64,000 nucleotides of DNA, taken from positions 1 through 64,000 of the forward strand of contig JBPOGF010000016.1 in assembly GCA_051251915.1 (NCBI GenBank), read 5' to 3'. Every line of letters starts with the position of its first letter. The first letter of the stretch is position 1. This DNA comes from Akkermansiaceae bacterium. GTDB lineage: Bacteria; Verrucomicrobiota; Verrucomicrobiia; Verrucomicrobiales; Akkermansiaceae. Of the stretch, positions 37,865-46,322 are shown in pieces. The translations under genes and the position numbers were made by a program. A model generated the notes under the pieces. The model saw nothing but the letters and a program-made list of their open reading frames with translations. It ran no database searches and was not told where the DNA came from.

Positions 37865-39298
37865 TTGGCATTCGTCGGGGATGTGGTTCAAAACACCATG
37901 TTCACCGCAAGCTATGATGCCGGCAATCGCCTTACCAGCCACAGTAACAACGCCGTCAATCCACTCAATCAAAACTGGAATTACGATGACGTTGGCAACT
38001 GGAACTCCACCACCAAAACCATCGGCAACACCACCACCACCGAGAACCGCAGCCACAGCGCCGCCGACCAGATCACCAACATCGAGAACAAAGCCGCAAC
38101 GCACGATGCTAAGGGCAACTTGACAGAATATGAAATAAACGGTAAAGAATATGAAGTGGAATACGACCTAGACAACCGCATCACCAAAGTAGACGTCGAC
38201 AATGATGACGTCGAATACCGCTACGATGCGCTAGGAAGACGAGTCATCCGCAAGGAAGGTACCACTACCACCGCGCTCATCTGGTGGGGCAACAGCGAGT
38301 GTGCTGAGCACAAACATACCGCGACCCAAACCGTCATCCAAAATGACATCATGGGCCACCCAACCAGACTCAACGCCGTCATCGCCCGCGCAGTAGACGG
38401 CAGCAAAAACAAACTAGAATGGTATCACAAAAACTACCTAGACCACGTCTACGCCGTCAGTGACGACAGCGGAGACCTTATCGAGCATTACCGATACACA
38501 GCATTTGGCGAAGTCTGTATATATGACGACAATGGTAACCTAGAAACCGAAACCCAGATCGAGAACACGATCATGTGGAACACGAGGAGACTTGATGCGG
38601 TGAGTAACTTCTACCTCTACAAATACAGGCATTATAGTCCAGAATTGGGGAGATGGCCATCCAGAGACCCCATTATGGAAAAGGGTGGAGTGAATCTGTA
38701 TGCCTTCGTTGGGAATGATCCTGTTGGGAGTTGGGATAAATTGGGATTAATTAGTTGTGGATTAAAAGGAAGTAGTGGATTGGAACAGATGCATAATGGA
38801 AAAAAAGTTTCTGTTGAAGCTCAAGTTAAGGTTAATCTAAACAAAGGAAACTGCCCTAAGTCAGGCACTGTTATCGTCTCAGTGGATGCTTCACGAACAG
38901 GAAAGTTGAATTTAGGAGAAGACGGATTTACTGGGATAAATGCTAGATTTGGAGTAGATATTAGCGAAGATTGTAAAGTTACACATGCAGAGCCTTCAGG
39001 TGCATTTTTCCATTCTGTAGATGGGCTATCACTAGCTATGAATTTTATTATAACTCAAGTTGGTAATACTATAAAGATAAGAGTAGAGGCTTCGGCAATA
39101 CGCTACCCAAGGATAGGTGCAGCTATAGAGCCAGACGAAGAAACGTTTGGTTATTTCAACGCTACAGTAGGTAACAAGCACGGTGATCAAGGTCAGATTC
39201 CGGGAGGTATAGATTGGTCAAATGACCCCTTACATAGTAACACATCTATAGCAACCGCTACTGCGCGAGGTTCTGTTTCTTGTAAAAAATGCCCTTAA
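37865..39298 (+). CDS. Orphan (5'-truncated) Rhs module 1 with unknown Cys-containing C-terminal domain
   Basis: YD repeats (YDAGNRL, YDLDNRI, YDALGRR), Rhs core RHYSPELGRWPSRDP..E.GG.NLY.FVGNDP..WDKLGL; no ATG start. Confidence 0.85.
   Translation: MAFVGDVVQNTMFTASYDAGNRLTSHSNNAVNPLNQNWNYDDVGNWNSTTKTIGNTTTTENRSHSAADQITNIENKAATHDAKGNLTEYEINGKEYEVEYDLDNRITKVDVDNDDVEYRYDALGRRVIRKEGTTTTALIWWGNSECAEHKHTATQTVIQNDIMGHPTRLNAVIARAVDGSKNKLEWYHKNYLDHVYAVSDDSGDLIEHYRYTAFGEVCIYDDNGNLETETQIENTIMWNTRRLDAVSNFYLYKYRHYSPELGRWPSRDPIMEKGGVNLYAFVGNDPVGSWDKLGLISCGLKGSSGLEQMHNGKKVSVEAQVKVNLNKGNCPKSGTVIVSVDASRTGKLNLGEDGFTGINARFGVDISEDCKVTHAEPSGAFFHSVDGLSLAMNFIITQVGNTIKIRVEASAIRYPRIGAAIEPDEETFGYFNATVGNKHGDQGQIPGGIDWSNDPLHSNTSIATATARGSVSCKKCP
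37967..38670 (+). repeat. Rhs core repeat copy 1 (near-identical to 40473-41176)
   Basis: Colinear by eye at a constant offset of 2506 nt. Confidence 0.9.
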
Positions 39299-39338
39299 TA
39301 TATAAACCTTCTATCAATTCATCAATTAGATTTAAATT

Positions 39339-39965
39339 ATGAGAAAAATAGTCCTACTAGTATTAGTATTTATAGTATCTGTGAACACATTAAAATCTCA
39401 AACATTGAAAGGAGGTGGTTTGGAATATGTCACATTATACAAATTAAATGATTTAACGATTGAGTTTTATAAGCCTTGTATATACTTAGGGAAATCTAAA
39501 GGAATTGAAGAAGGGAAGACCAAGTATGTAGTTCTTTTTGAAGAATACGGAATTAGACGTTCTGGTGATTCGCTACAAATAAATAGCCAAATTTATAATA
39601 GTGTTGCCAATGGATCTAACATCAAGATCTTTAAAGACAGTATTTTTATTAATGGAAAGAAAATGACAGGTAAGCTGGCTGAGTTTAGAATAAATGAAAC
39701 TCCTAAAAATTATAAATGTTCAGGAGTTGAGATTTTATTTTTGGAGGATGCTGATTCATTTAGTTCAACTTACTATAACAATGATAATGCTACTTTTTCT
39801 AATGGCTTATTAACAGTTAAAATTTGGGATGGCAAATTGGTCGTGTGGGGTGAAGCTCGTCAACCTCTTAATAAAGGAGATGTATTTGAGATATCTCCTC
39901 ACGGAATTGTAAAAAAAGGACAACGAAAAAAGCAGAAACCGAAGAATAAACAGTCACACAAATAG
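39339..39965 (+). CDS. Putative immunity protein for Rhs module 1 (signal peptide)
   Basis: AT-rich ORF directly after the Rhs CT; MRKIVLLVLVFIVSV N-terminus. Confidence 0.6.
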   Translation: MRKIVLLVLVFIVSVNTLKSQTLKGGGLEYVTLYKLNDLTIEFYKPCIYLGKSKGIEEGKTKYVVLFEEYGIRRSGDSLQINSQIYNSVANGSNIKIFKDSIFINGKKMTGKLAEFRINETPKNYKCSGVEILFLEDADSFSSTYYNNDNATFSNGLLTVKIWDGKLVVWGEARQPLNKGDVFEISPHGIVKKGQRKKQKPKNKQSHK

Positions 39966-40067
39966 GTAAGAAAAAGCAAAAGGGGGCAGATACATCGTTG
40001 AAATCAAGTAATTTTTTGTCTTTTTTTGATAAATAAATTTTAATGTTGTTAGATGATTTAGAAGCAT

Positions 40068-40129
40068 GGGCTTGACAGCCCAAACCCGTCCAAACTGATG
40101 GCAGTTTGATCCCATTATTCTTGGGGGAT
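40068..40129. repeat. Three-hairpin structured repeat, copy 2, at the 3' end of the IS110 fragment
   Basis: GGGCT-tgac-AGCCC aaacccgtc CAAACTG-atgg-CAGTTTG atccc...gggggat. Confidence 0.75.
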
Positions 40130-40390
40130 TGAACAGGATTCTTTGCTTGCTGTTAGATAATTTGGATCGAATGGTTTTTGGTGTTTTAGCACTCCATATA
40201 CGAGATGAAGCAGCTTGTGCATGATGGCGCCTATGATCTCTATTTTCTCTTTACCTTGGGCTTCTAATCGTTGCGCAAAAGCTTTGCATATGGGATTAAA
40301 GCGTTTGGCAGTCATTGCTTGAAAGAAGAGCATCCCCCTGATGTGCGAGTTGCCAGCTTTAGTCATAGGAGTGCGGATTTTACCACTTGT
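40115..40390 (-). pseudogene. IS110 family transposase, C-terminal fragment
   Basis: TSGKIRTPMTKAGN..IR..L...AM.A.RFNP....F..RL...GK......GA.MHKL....YGVLK...PFDPN; DEDD domain absent. Confidence 0.85.
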
Positions 40391-40391
40391 A

Positions 40392-40441
40392 GGTATGAAC
40401 CGAGCACATAGGTAACAGATTGCCCGAGCACATAGGTTACA
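40392..40441. mobile_element. IS481-like terminal sequence remnant
   Basis: 18-bp direct repeats CCGAGCACATAGGT(A/T)ACA at 40400-40417 and 40424-40441 next to GTATGAAC; resembles repeated transposase-binding sites of IS481-type ends. Confidence 0.55.
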
Positions 40442-40469
40442 TTTTAATGGCTAATTATGGCCTGGAAAA

Positions 40470-41990
40470 ATGAATCAAAACTGGAATTACGACAACGTAG
40501 GCAACTGGCAAAGCACCACTAAAACCATCGGCAACACTACCACCACCGAGAACCGTAGCCACAATGCTGCTGACCAGATCACCAGCATCGAGAACAAAGC
40601 AGCCTCTCACGATGCTAAGGGCAACTTGACTGAATACGAAATAAACGGTAAAGAATATGAAGTGGAATATGATCTAGACAACCGCATCACCAAAGTAGAC
40701 GTCGACAATGATGACGTCGAATACCGCTATGATGCTCTGGGGAGACGAGTCATCCGCAAGGAAGGCACCACCACCATCGCCCTCATTTGGTGGGGCAACA
40801 GCGAGTGTGCTGAACACAAACACACTGCGACTCAAACGGTCATCCAAAATGACATCATGAGTCACCCAACCAGACTCAACGCCGTCATCGCCCGTGCAGT
40901 GGATGGCAGCAAAAACAAACTAGAGTGGTATCATAAAAACTACCTAGACCACGTCTACGCCGTCAGTGACGACAGCGGAGACCTCATCGAGCATTATCGC
41001 TACACAGCCTTTGGTGAAGTCAGTATCTATAACCAAAACGGCAATCTAGAAACCGCAACCCAGATCGAGAACACTATCATGTGGAATACGAGGAGATTAG
41101 ATGCGGTGAGTAACTTTTATCTCTACAAATACAGGCACTACAGCCCAGAATTGGGCCACTGGCCATCCAGAGACCCGATTGAGGAAAGAGGAGGATTTAA
41201 TTTGTATGGGTTTGTGGGGAATGATGGAATAAATTATTGGGACTATTTGGGGTTAGAATCTGCTAAAGAAAGAAGAGAAAGAACAGCAGCAGAGGATAGA
41301 AATAATTTAGCACTTATACAAGGAGTAGAAAGCTTTAGTGGTATACGAAGAGTTCCAGAAGGCAACGCTCAAAAAATAAATATTGTATCAGCGTTGCATA
41401 AGAAAATGCTTAAAAAGTCTTTTAAGACAGTCAGAGAAGCAGGTTTATATGGAGCTAAAAGTGCTGCTACAGCATCTTTTAAAGGTCCTATGTTTTACTC
41501 AGTATCGTCTATGAATCCACTAAGCATAAGTGGTAGAGCAAGAAAGCATATTGCAGAATATGGAGGTAAGATCTGCCTAAAATGCATAATAGATAAGTCA
41601 GGTTCATACGAAGTAAAATATATTGTTACTGGGATATATACTCAGGGCACGGAGAACAGTTGGCGACCTTTATTAGGTAAACCGTGTAGCTTTTATAAAG
41701 CCATAGAAGTAGGAAATTATCATAGCCACCCCGTATCTAGTATTCCATCTTCAGAGGACGCAGCATCTTTGAAATCTAGCACAAGAAGGTTAAGAGGAAT
41801 TTACAATCATAAAGATTTGAATCCTATCTGGAAAAAAGCGATAAAGAAAGAAATACCTACAGGAGAAACCACAGGCTATGTTGGAGCAGTGGATGGTCAA
41901 AATGGTCAATATGACGTTCATGAATTCTCACCTAACCACACTCTTAGTAACCCTACCCATAATACAATCCTTTCAAACAGTCCACTTTAA
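40470..41990 (+). CDS. Orphan Rhs module 2 with JAB/MPN-like (DUF4329-type) C-terminal toxin
   Basis: Same Rhs core ending WDYLGL; CT has EYGG.I and YHSHP....PSSED. Confidence 0.85.
   Translation: MNQNWNYDNVGNWQSTTKTIGNTTTTENRSHNAADQITSIENKAASHDAKGNLTEYEINGKEYEVEYDLDNRITKVDVDNDDVEYRYDALGRRVIRKEGTTTIALIWWGNSECAEHKHTATQTVIQNDIMSHPTRLNAVIARAVDGSKNKLEWYHKNYLDHVYAVSDDSGDLIEHYRYTAFGEVSIYNQNGNLETATQIENTIMWNTRRLDAVSNFYLYKYRHYSPELGHWPSRDPIEERGGFNLYGFVGNDGINYWDYLGLESAKERRERTAAEDRNNLALIQGVESFSGIRRVPEGNAQKINIVSALHKKMLKKSFKTVREAGLYGAKSAATASFKGPMFYSVSSMNPLSISGRARKHIAEYGGKICLKCIIDKSGSYEVKYIVTGIYTQGTENSWRPLLGKPCSFYKAIEVGNYHSHPVSSIPSSEDAASLKSSTRRLRGIYNHKDLNPIWKKAIKKEIPTGETTGYVGAVDGQNGQYDVHEFSPNHTLSNPTHNTILSNSPL
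40473..41176 (+). repeat. Rhs core repeat copy 2
   Basis: Near-identical to 37967-38670. Confidence 0.9.
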
Positions 41991-42011
41991 CACTCAATTA
42001 TAAAATCTTCA

Positions 42012-42950
42012 ATGTTTAAGTCTATTCGGAGAGCTAATGATTCTAAAGTAAATATACAATATATTTACATATTCATAATCTTTTTACATCTAGGGTGTAA
42101 AAGTAATGTTAGTAAATTGGATGATTTCGAAAACAAAGGAGATCCAGAAAACTTCGTAGTAAATCAATCGAAATTAATTATACTTAAGAATGATTTAAAA
42201 ACATTGGTTTCAGAAATGAGTGAGAAAGAAAAAGCAGAATATTTAGACGTTCCTTATTTATCAAATCTAGAACAATTTCTTTTTGAACCTCATATAAGAT
42301 TAGATTTGATAGAAACTATTAAAGCATCAATTAACGAACTAGGGATACATCATTTTGAAGATGTTCACAGCATCATCTGCGTTGGTGTATGGGAGATTTT
42401 AACAAACAATAAAGGTTTAATTGAGCGTAAAATTTCATATATTAAGGGGCAAATTACATCTGGAGAACCAGCTATTCCTTTTCTACCAATTAAAGATTGT
42501 AAAGCTTTAACTGAGTTGGAAATTATGATTAAGCAAATAATAAATTCCTTAGATTTAAATTCTCAAAAGGCTTATAAAAATACAGATTTGAATATTCCAG
42601 AAACACGATACCTTTTAGCTGATAAATTATTGTATGGCTCTTTCAATGAAAACGAAACAATCTCAGCTGAACGACTTTTGCCTAGCATAGAAAAGCAAAC
42701 AAAAACTAAAATTTACAAATTGTTTTCCAAATTAAATGTTAATTCTATTTATTCTGCAAATCATATTTTAAATGCAGAAATGTGGCTGCAAATTAAACAT
42801 AACAAGTCATTACTTAAACTAATGATTATGATGCATTCTGACTATGAATCTGCAAAAAAATACGAAATTAAAATACAGGAAACCTCTGACATAATAATAA
42901 AAGAAAAGGAGTGGCTGTTAAATATTAAAACCCAAATTATCATCGTTTAG
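42012..42950 (+). CDS. Putative immunity protein for Rhs module 2 (possible lipoprotein)
   Basis: Very AT-rich ORF after the toxin; YIYIFIIFLHLGC lipobox-like segment. Confidence 0.6.
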   Translation: MFKSIRRANDSKVNIQYIYIFIIFLHLGCKSNVSKLDDFENKGDPENFVVNQSKLIILKNDLKTLVSEMSEKEKAEYLDVPYLSNLEQFLFEPHIRLDLIETIKASINELGIHHFEDVHSIICVGVWEILTNNKGLIERKISYIKGQITSGEPAIPFLPIKDCKALTELEIMIKQIINSLDLNSQKAYKNTDLNIPETRYLLADKLLYGSFNENETISAERLLPSIEKQTKTKIYKLFSKLNVNSIYSANHILNAEMWLQIKHNKSLLKLMIMMHSDYESAKKYEIKIQETSDIIIKEKEWLLNIKTQIIIV

Positions 42951-42952
42951 TG

Positions 42953-42973
42953 AAAACGACAGGGTGTCGTTTT
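42953..42973. terminator. Bidirectional terminator at the right edge of the Rhs locus
   Basis: aaaacgac-agggt-gtcgtttt between convergent genes. Confidence 0.6.
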
Positions 42974-43854
42974 TACAAAGGGCTCTGCTTCTTTAGGACC
43001 ATACGGACATCGCCGATGAAGACCTGAGATCTGAGCTCTACCATGACTCTGTCAACATCATCACTGATCCAGAGAGTGGCTTTCTTGAGCTTCTTGTAGG
43101 TTTTGAGGTGCATGGTGTCTTTGTCAATTTTCTGGAGTTTGACATCGAGCTTGATGCAGCGTCTTCCGTTGTGGTTTTCTCTGCCAAGAACGGTGATCTC
43201 TGAGAACATGGGAGAGGCGAAAGGGTGTAGGCAAAGGTAAATTTTCTCACCATTTTTTAGTGATTGTCTACGGATGTATTGGATGGCGGAGAGAGGGTCA
43301 TGAGAGTTTGCAAACTTGAAGTGGTGGTTCTTGTTTTTAGTTTTCTTCTCGATGAAATTTTCTTCTTTGGCAACAAAGTGCACACCATTTGATTTAAAGG
43401 TATTGGTGGTTTTGATTTTTTCACGTTTATCTTTTTCGTCAGCTACAAAGATGAGCGGTTTATGCGTCGTTTCTTTGGCGAACGAGGTCATGCTGATGTG
43501 GTAGGGGAACACAGCGTAGGCTAAGTTTTGAGACCTTCCATAGGCTTGGCTGATATCGAGCCCCTTGTAGCGTTTGTCTTTCTTGTTGAAATCAAATGTT
43601 AATTCACCTGCTTTGACGGTTCCTTTCCAGCTAAGCTCATATTCCAGTTTGGTGGGTTTGAGCTTAGGATGTGATCCATTTTTAAATGGTTTCACTTTGT
43701 TCATCCATGATGTGTCAGCATGAGCCGTGATGCTAAAAAGAGCTAATGAAGTAGTCACTGCGGCTAGAAGAGGAAGTGGTGTTTTTTTCATGAGTTTTGA
43801 TTTCATATGCGTTTGTATGACTGAACTAGGGCGATATATATTCAAATTTATCAA
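42973..43854 (-). CDS. DUF3108-like exported protein
   Basis: L.YELSW....AG, HDPLSA..YIR, TLWISDD.DR..V pattern; true start probably 43791-43806 (signal peptide). Confidence 0.7.
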   Translation of the reverse strand: MINLNIYRPSSVIQTHMKSKLMKKTPLPLLAAVTTSLALFSITAHADTSWMNKVKPFKNGSHPKLKPTKLEYELSWKGTVKAGELTFDFNKKDKRYKGLDISQAYGRSQNLAYAVFPYHISMTSFAKETTHKPLIFVADEKDKREKIKTTNTFKSNGVHFVAKEENFIEKKTKNKNHHFKFANSHDPLSAIQYIRRQSLKNGEKIYLCLHPFASPMFSEITVLGRENHNGRRCIKLDVKLQKIDKDTMHLKTYKKLKKATLWISDDVDRVMVELRSQVFIGDVRMVLKKQSPL

Positions 43855-45005
43855 TAGTCATTCTCGGTGCTGCCATCATTTTCGGTGTATTCTTCTACTG
43901 TGATGCTGGTGGCTAGGTCGTCCCTGACTTGGTTTTCGAGGTTGCCATCGTCCATTTTATCAACGCTTTTTTCCAACGTTCTGAATTGCTTGCCAGTGTC
44001 TGGTAATGCGATGTGGAGGATGGGGTCACCTGGTGAGACTGCTGGCATGGTGGTCATTCCGAGGACAATTCCGTTATGTGGAGAGACGATGGTTTCTAGT
44101 TCTTTGCCGAGTAATCCTGTATTGGTCGCGAGTGGTTGGTCTTTCTGAACGATCTCGCCTGGGGCTACGTGAAATTTCAAGAATCCACCGAATCCCGCTC
44201 TGACCCAGCTGGAGCTCTGAACGATCATTTGGTGAGGAGCTGTGTCTGGACGGAGGTCATCAGTGACATCTATCATATCGAGTTCAGCCATGATGTGTGT
44301 GAGTCCGCGCTGTGTCATGTCTTGGACGGCGGATTCGACCTTGAGTGCTTCACCTGCTTCTAGGATGATGGTGGGGCAACCAGATTTACAGGCTTCTCTG
44401 CGGAATGATCCATCTGGGCCTTTACTATTGACGATAAGCTCGGCACCGAATGCTTTGGCGAGACGTTCGCAGTCTGGATCGCTCATGTCTGCTCTGACGT
44501 TAGGAAAGTTGGTGCGTCTAACCGCGGCGGTGTGGAGGTCTACGATGTAGTCACTGCGCTTGACGATTTCCTTCATGATGAGGTTCGCTAGTCTGCCTGT
44601 GAGGCTGCCTTTTTTGTTGCCTGGGAAGGTTCGGTTTAGATCTCGTCTGTCAGGTGTGTAGCGACTGTGGCGCTCAAAGCCCATGGTGTTCATGACAGGG
44701 GCTAAGATGAGTGTGCCACGTTTGAGGTCAAAGGGTGGTTCCTGAATGAGCTTGCGGATAGCTCCAGTGCCGTTGATCTCATCACCGTGAACTGCGGCGG
44801 TGATGGCTAAAACTGGGCCGTCTTCTAGACCACGCCAGACGAGGAGTGGGAGATGCACGCCAACGCCGGTGAAGCTTTCACCCGCTTTGAGGCGGATGCG
44901 CTTGCGTTCGCCGGGCAGGACGGATGACTTACCCCATTTGCTGATGGAGCGCTTTTTTCTTACTGGAACTTCGGTTTTCTTTTCAGGAGTGGATGGATTA
45001 CTCAT
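43851..45005 (-). CDS. Succinylglutamate desuccinylase/aspartoacylase (M14-like Zn) family hydrolase
   Basis: AAVHGDEING, RDLNRTFPG, VDLHT, EAGE. Confidence 0.9.
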   Translation of the reverse strand: MSNPSTPEKKTEVPVRKKRSISKWGKSSVLPGERKRIRLKAGESFTGVGVHLPLLVWRGLEDGPVLAITAAVHGDEINGTGAIRKLIQEPPFDLKRGTLILAPVMNTMGFERHSRYTPDRRDLNRTFPGNKKGSLTGRLANLIMKEIVKRSDYIVDLHTAAVRRTNFPNVRADMSDPDCERLAKAFGAELIVNSKGPDGSFRREACKSGCPTIILEAGEALKVESAVQDMTQRGLTHIMAELDMIDVTDDLRPDTAPHQMIVQSSSWVRAGFGGFLKFHVAPGEIVQKDQPLATNTGLLGKELETIVSPHNGIVLGMTTMPAVSPGDPILHIALPDTGKQFRTLEKSVDKMDDGNLENQVRDDLATSITVEEYTENDGSTENDY

Positions 45006-45016
45006 TTAGGTGATAG

Positions 45017-46219
45017 TTATTCGTGAGTTGTTCCGTCTGTGACAGGAGTGGATGGAAGTGGGCTGAGCTTGCGTCTACGTTTAGGACGATTAGAGATCAG
45101 CTTCTGCATGTTCTTGATTTTTCCGTAGCAGAGTAGGCTATCATGCGCTTCTAGGACGCGTGATGATTTAGGGTTTGAGATGACTTGTTCGCCTCGTCTG
45201 AGAGTGAGAACCACGACGTCTTCTTCGCGGAGTCCAGTTTGATCGATCGTTTGGCCGATGAACATGCTGCCATCAGTGATGCTGATGTCTGTGACGCCGT
45301 AGCTCTGACTGACGGTGAGTCTCTGACGGAGGTCGATTTCGGGTAGGTTTGCTTGATCTGCGATAAAGTCGATGACCTCGCCGGCGATGTCTAGTCCGGT
45401 GGCTCCTTCGATGCCTTCTAGTCCAGGTGATGAGTTGATCTCCATGATCTGAGGACCATCTGTGCCTTCTAGCATGTCTACACCACAGACTTTTAGGCCC
45501 ATGATCTGAGCGGCTCTGACGGCTGCTTTCGCGTATGCTGGATCTAGATCGATAGCGGTAGCGAGACCGCCGCGGTGGACGTTACTGCGGAATTCTTGAC
45601 CTTGAGCGGTTCTGCGGATGGCACCAACTACGCGGTCATTGATAACGAATGCGCGGACGTCTTTGCCTTTGCTTTCAGCCACAAATTTCTGGATGAGAAC
45701 GTTTTGGTTGGCGCTGTGGAGGGTCTCGATGATGGCTTTGGCGATTTCTGGCTTATCAGCCAGAATGACGCCTACACCTTGAGTTCCTTCGATGAGTTTA
45801 ATGATGACGGGAGTGCCGCCTACGCGTGCGATGGCGTCTTCAACATCGTTTTTGTCTGCGACGTATGCGGTGCGTGGGATGCCAATGTCATGGCGTGAAA
45901 GAATCTGTAGGCTTCGGAGTTTATCACGTGAGTTGGAGATACCGCTAGATGTGTTAGGCGTGTAGACATCCATCTGCTCGAACTGGCGCACGACTGTGGT
46001 GCCGTAGCGAGTGATGGAGGTGCCGATACGTGGTAAGATAGCGTCTGTGTCTGCGATGCTTTTTCCTCTGTAGAAAAGATCTGGCTCTCCTTCATCCATG
46101 TCTATGGCGAAGCGCAGTGGGTCTTGGATGAGAACCTTGTGGCCTCTGTTTTTAGCAGCTTCGACAAGTCGACGGGTAGAGTAGCACTGAGGTGCTCTGG
46201 AAAGAATAGTTAATCGCAT
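45017..46219 (-). CDS. rimK: RimK family alpha-L-glutamate ligase with C-terminal RCK_C (TrkA-C) domain
   Basis: YSTRRL, PRIG, SRDKLRS.Q, GTQG.GV, EFRSNVHRGG, E.NSSPGLEGIE; tail FIGQTI...GLR...VVVL.LRRG..VI.NP....LE..D.L..YG. Confidence 0.88.
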   Translation of the reverse strand: MRLTILSRAPQCYSTRRLVEAAKNRGHKVLIQDPLRFAIDMDEGEPDLFYRGKSIADTDAILPRIGTSITRYGTTVVRQFEQMDVYTPNTSSGISNSRDKLRSLQILSRHDIGIPRTAYVADKNDVEDAIARVGGTPVIIKLIEGTQGVGVILADKPEIAKAIIETLHSANQNVLIQKFVAESKGKDVRAFVINDRVVGAIRRTAQGQEFRSNVHRGGLATAIDLDPAYAKAAVRAAQIMGLKVCGVDMLEGTDGPQIMEINSSPGLEGIEGATGLDIAGEVIDFIADQANLPEIDLRQRLTVSQSYGVTDISITDGSMFIGQTIDQTGLREEDVVVLTLRRGEQVISNPKSSRVLEAHDSLLCYGKIKNMQKLISNRPKRRRKLSPLPSTPVTDGTTHE

Positions 46220-46322
46220 AGTGATAATGGTTTTATAGGCTACCCAACATGAGTAGCCATTGCCAAAATGCTGAGGCTATAATTCCCGAATCACAAGCTT
46301 AATTCTTTCAATATTAAAATCT

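Noticed and set aside
40400..40441. CRISPR mini-array
   Set aside because: Only two 18-bp repeats 6 nt apart and no cas genes; better explained as an IS end. No CRISPR array was seen in the window.
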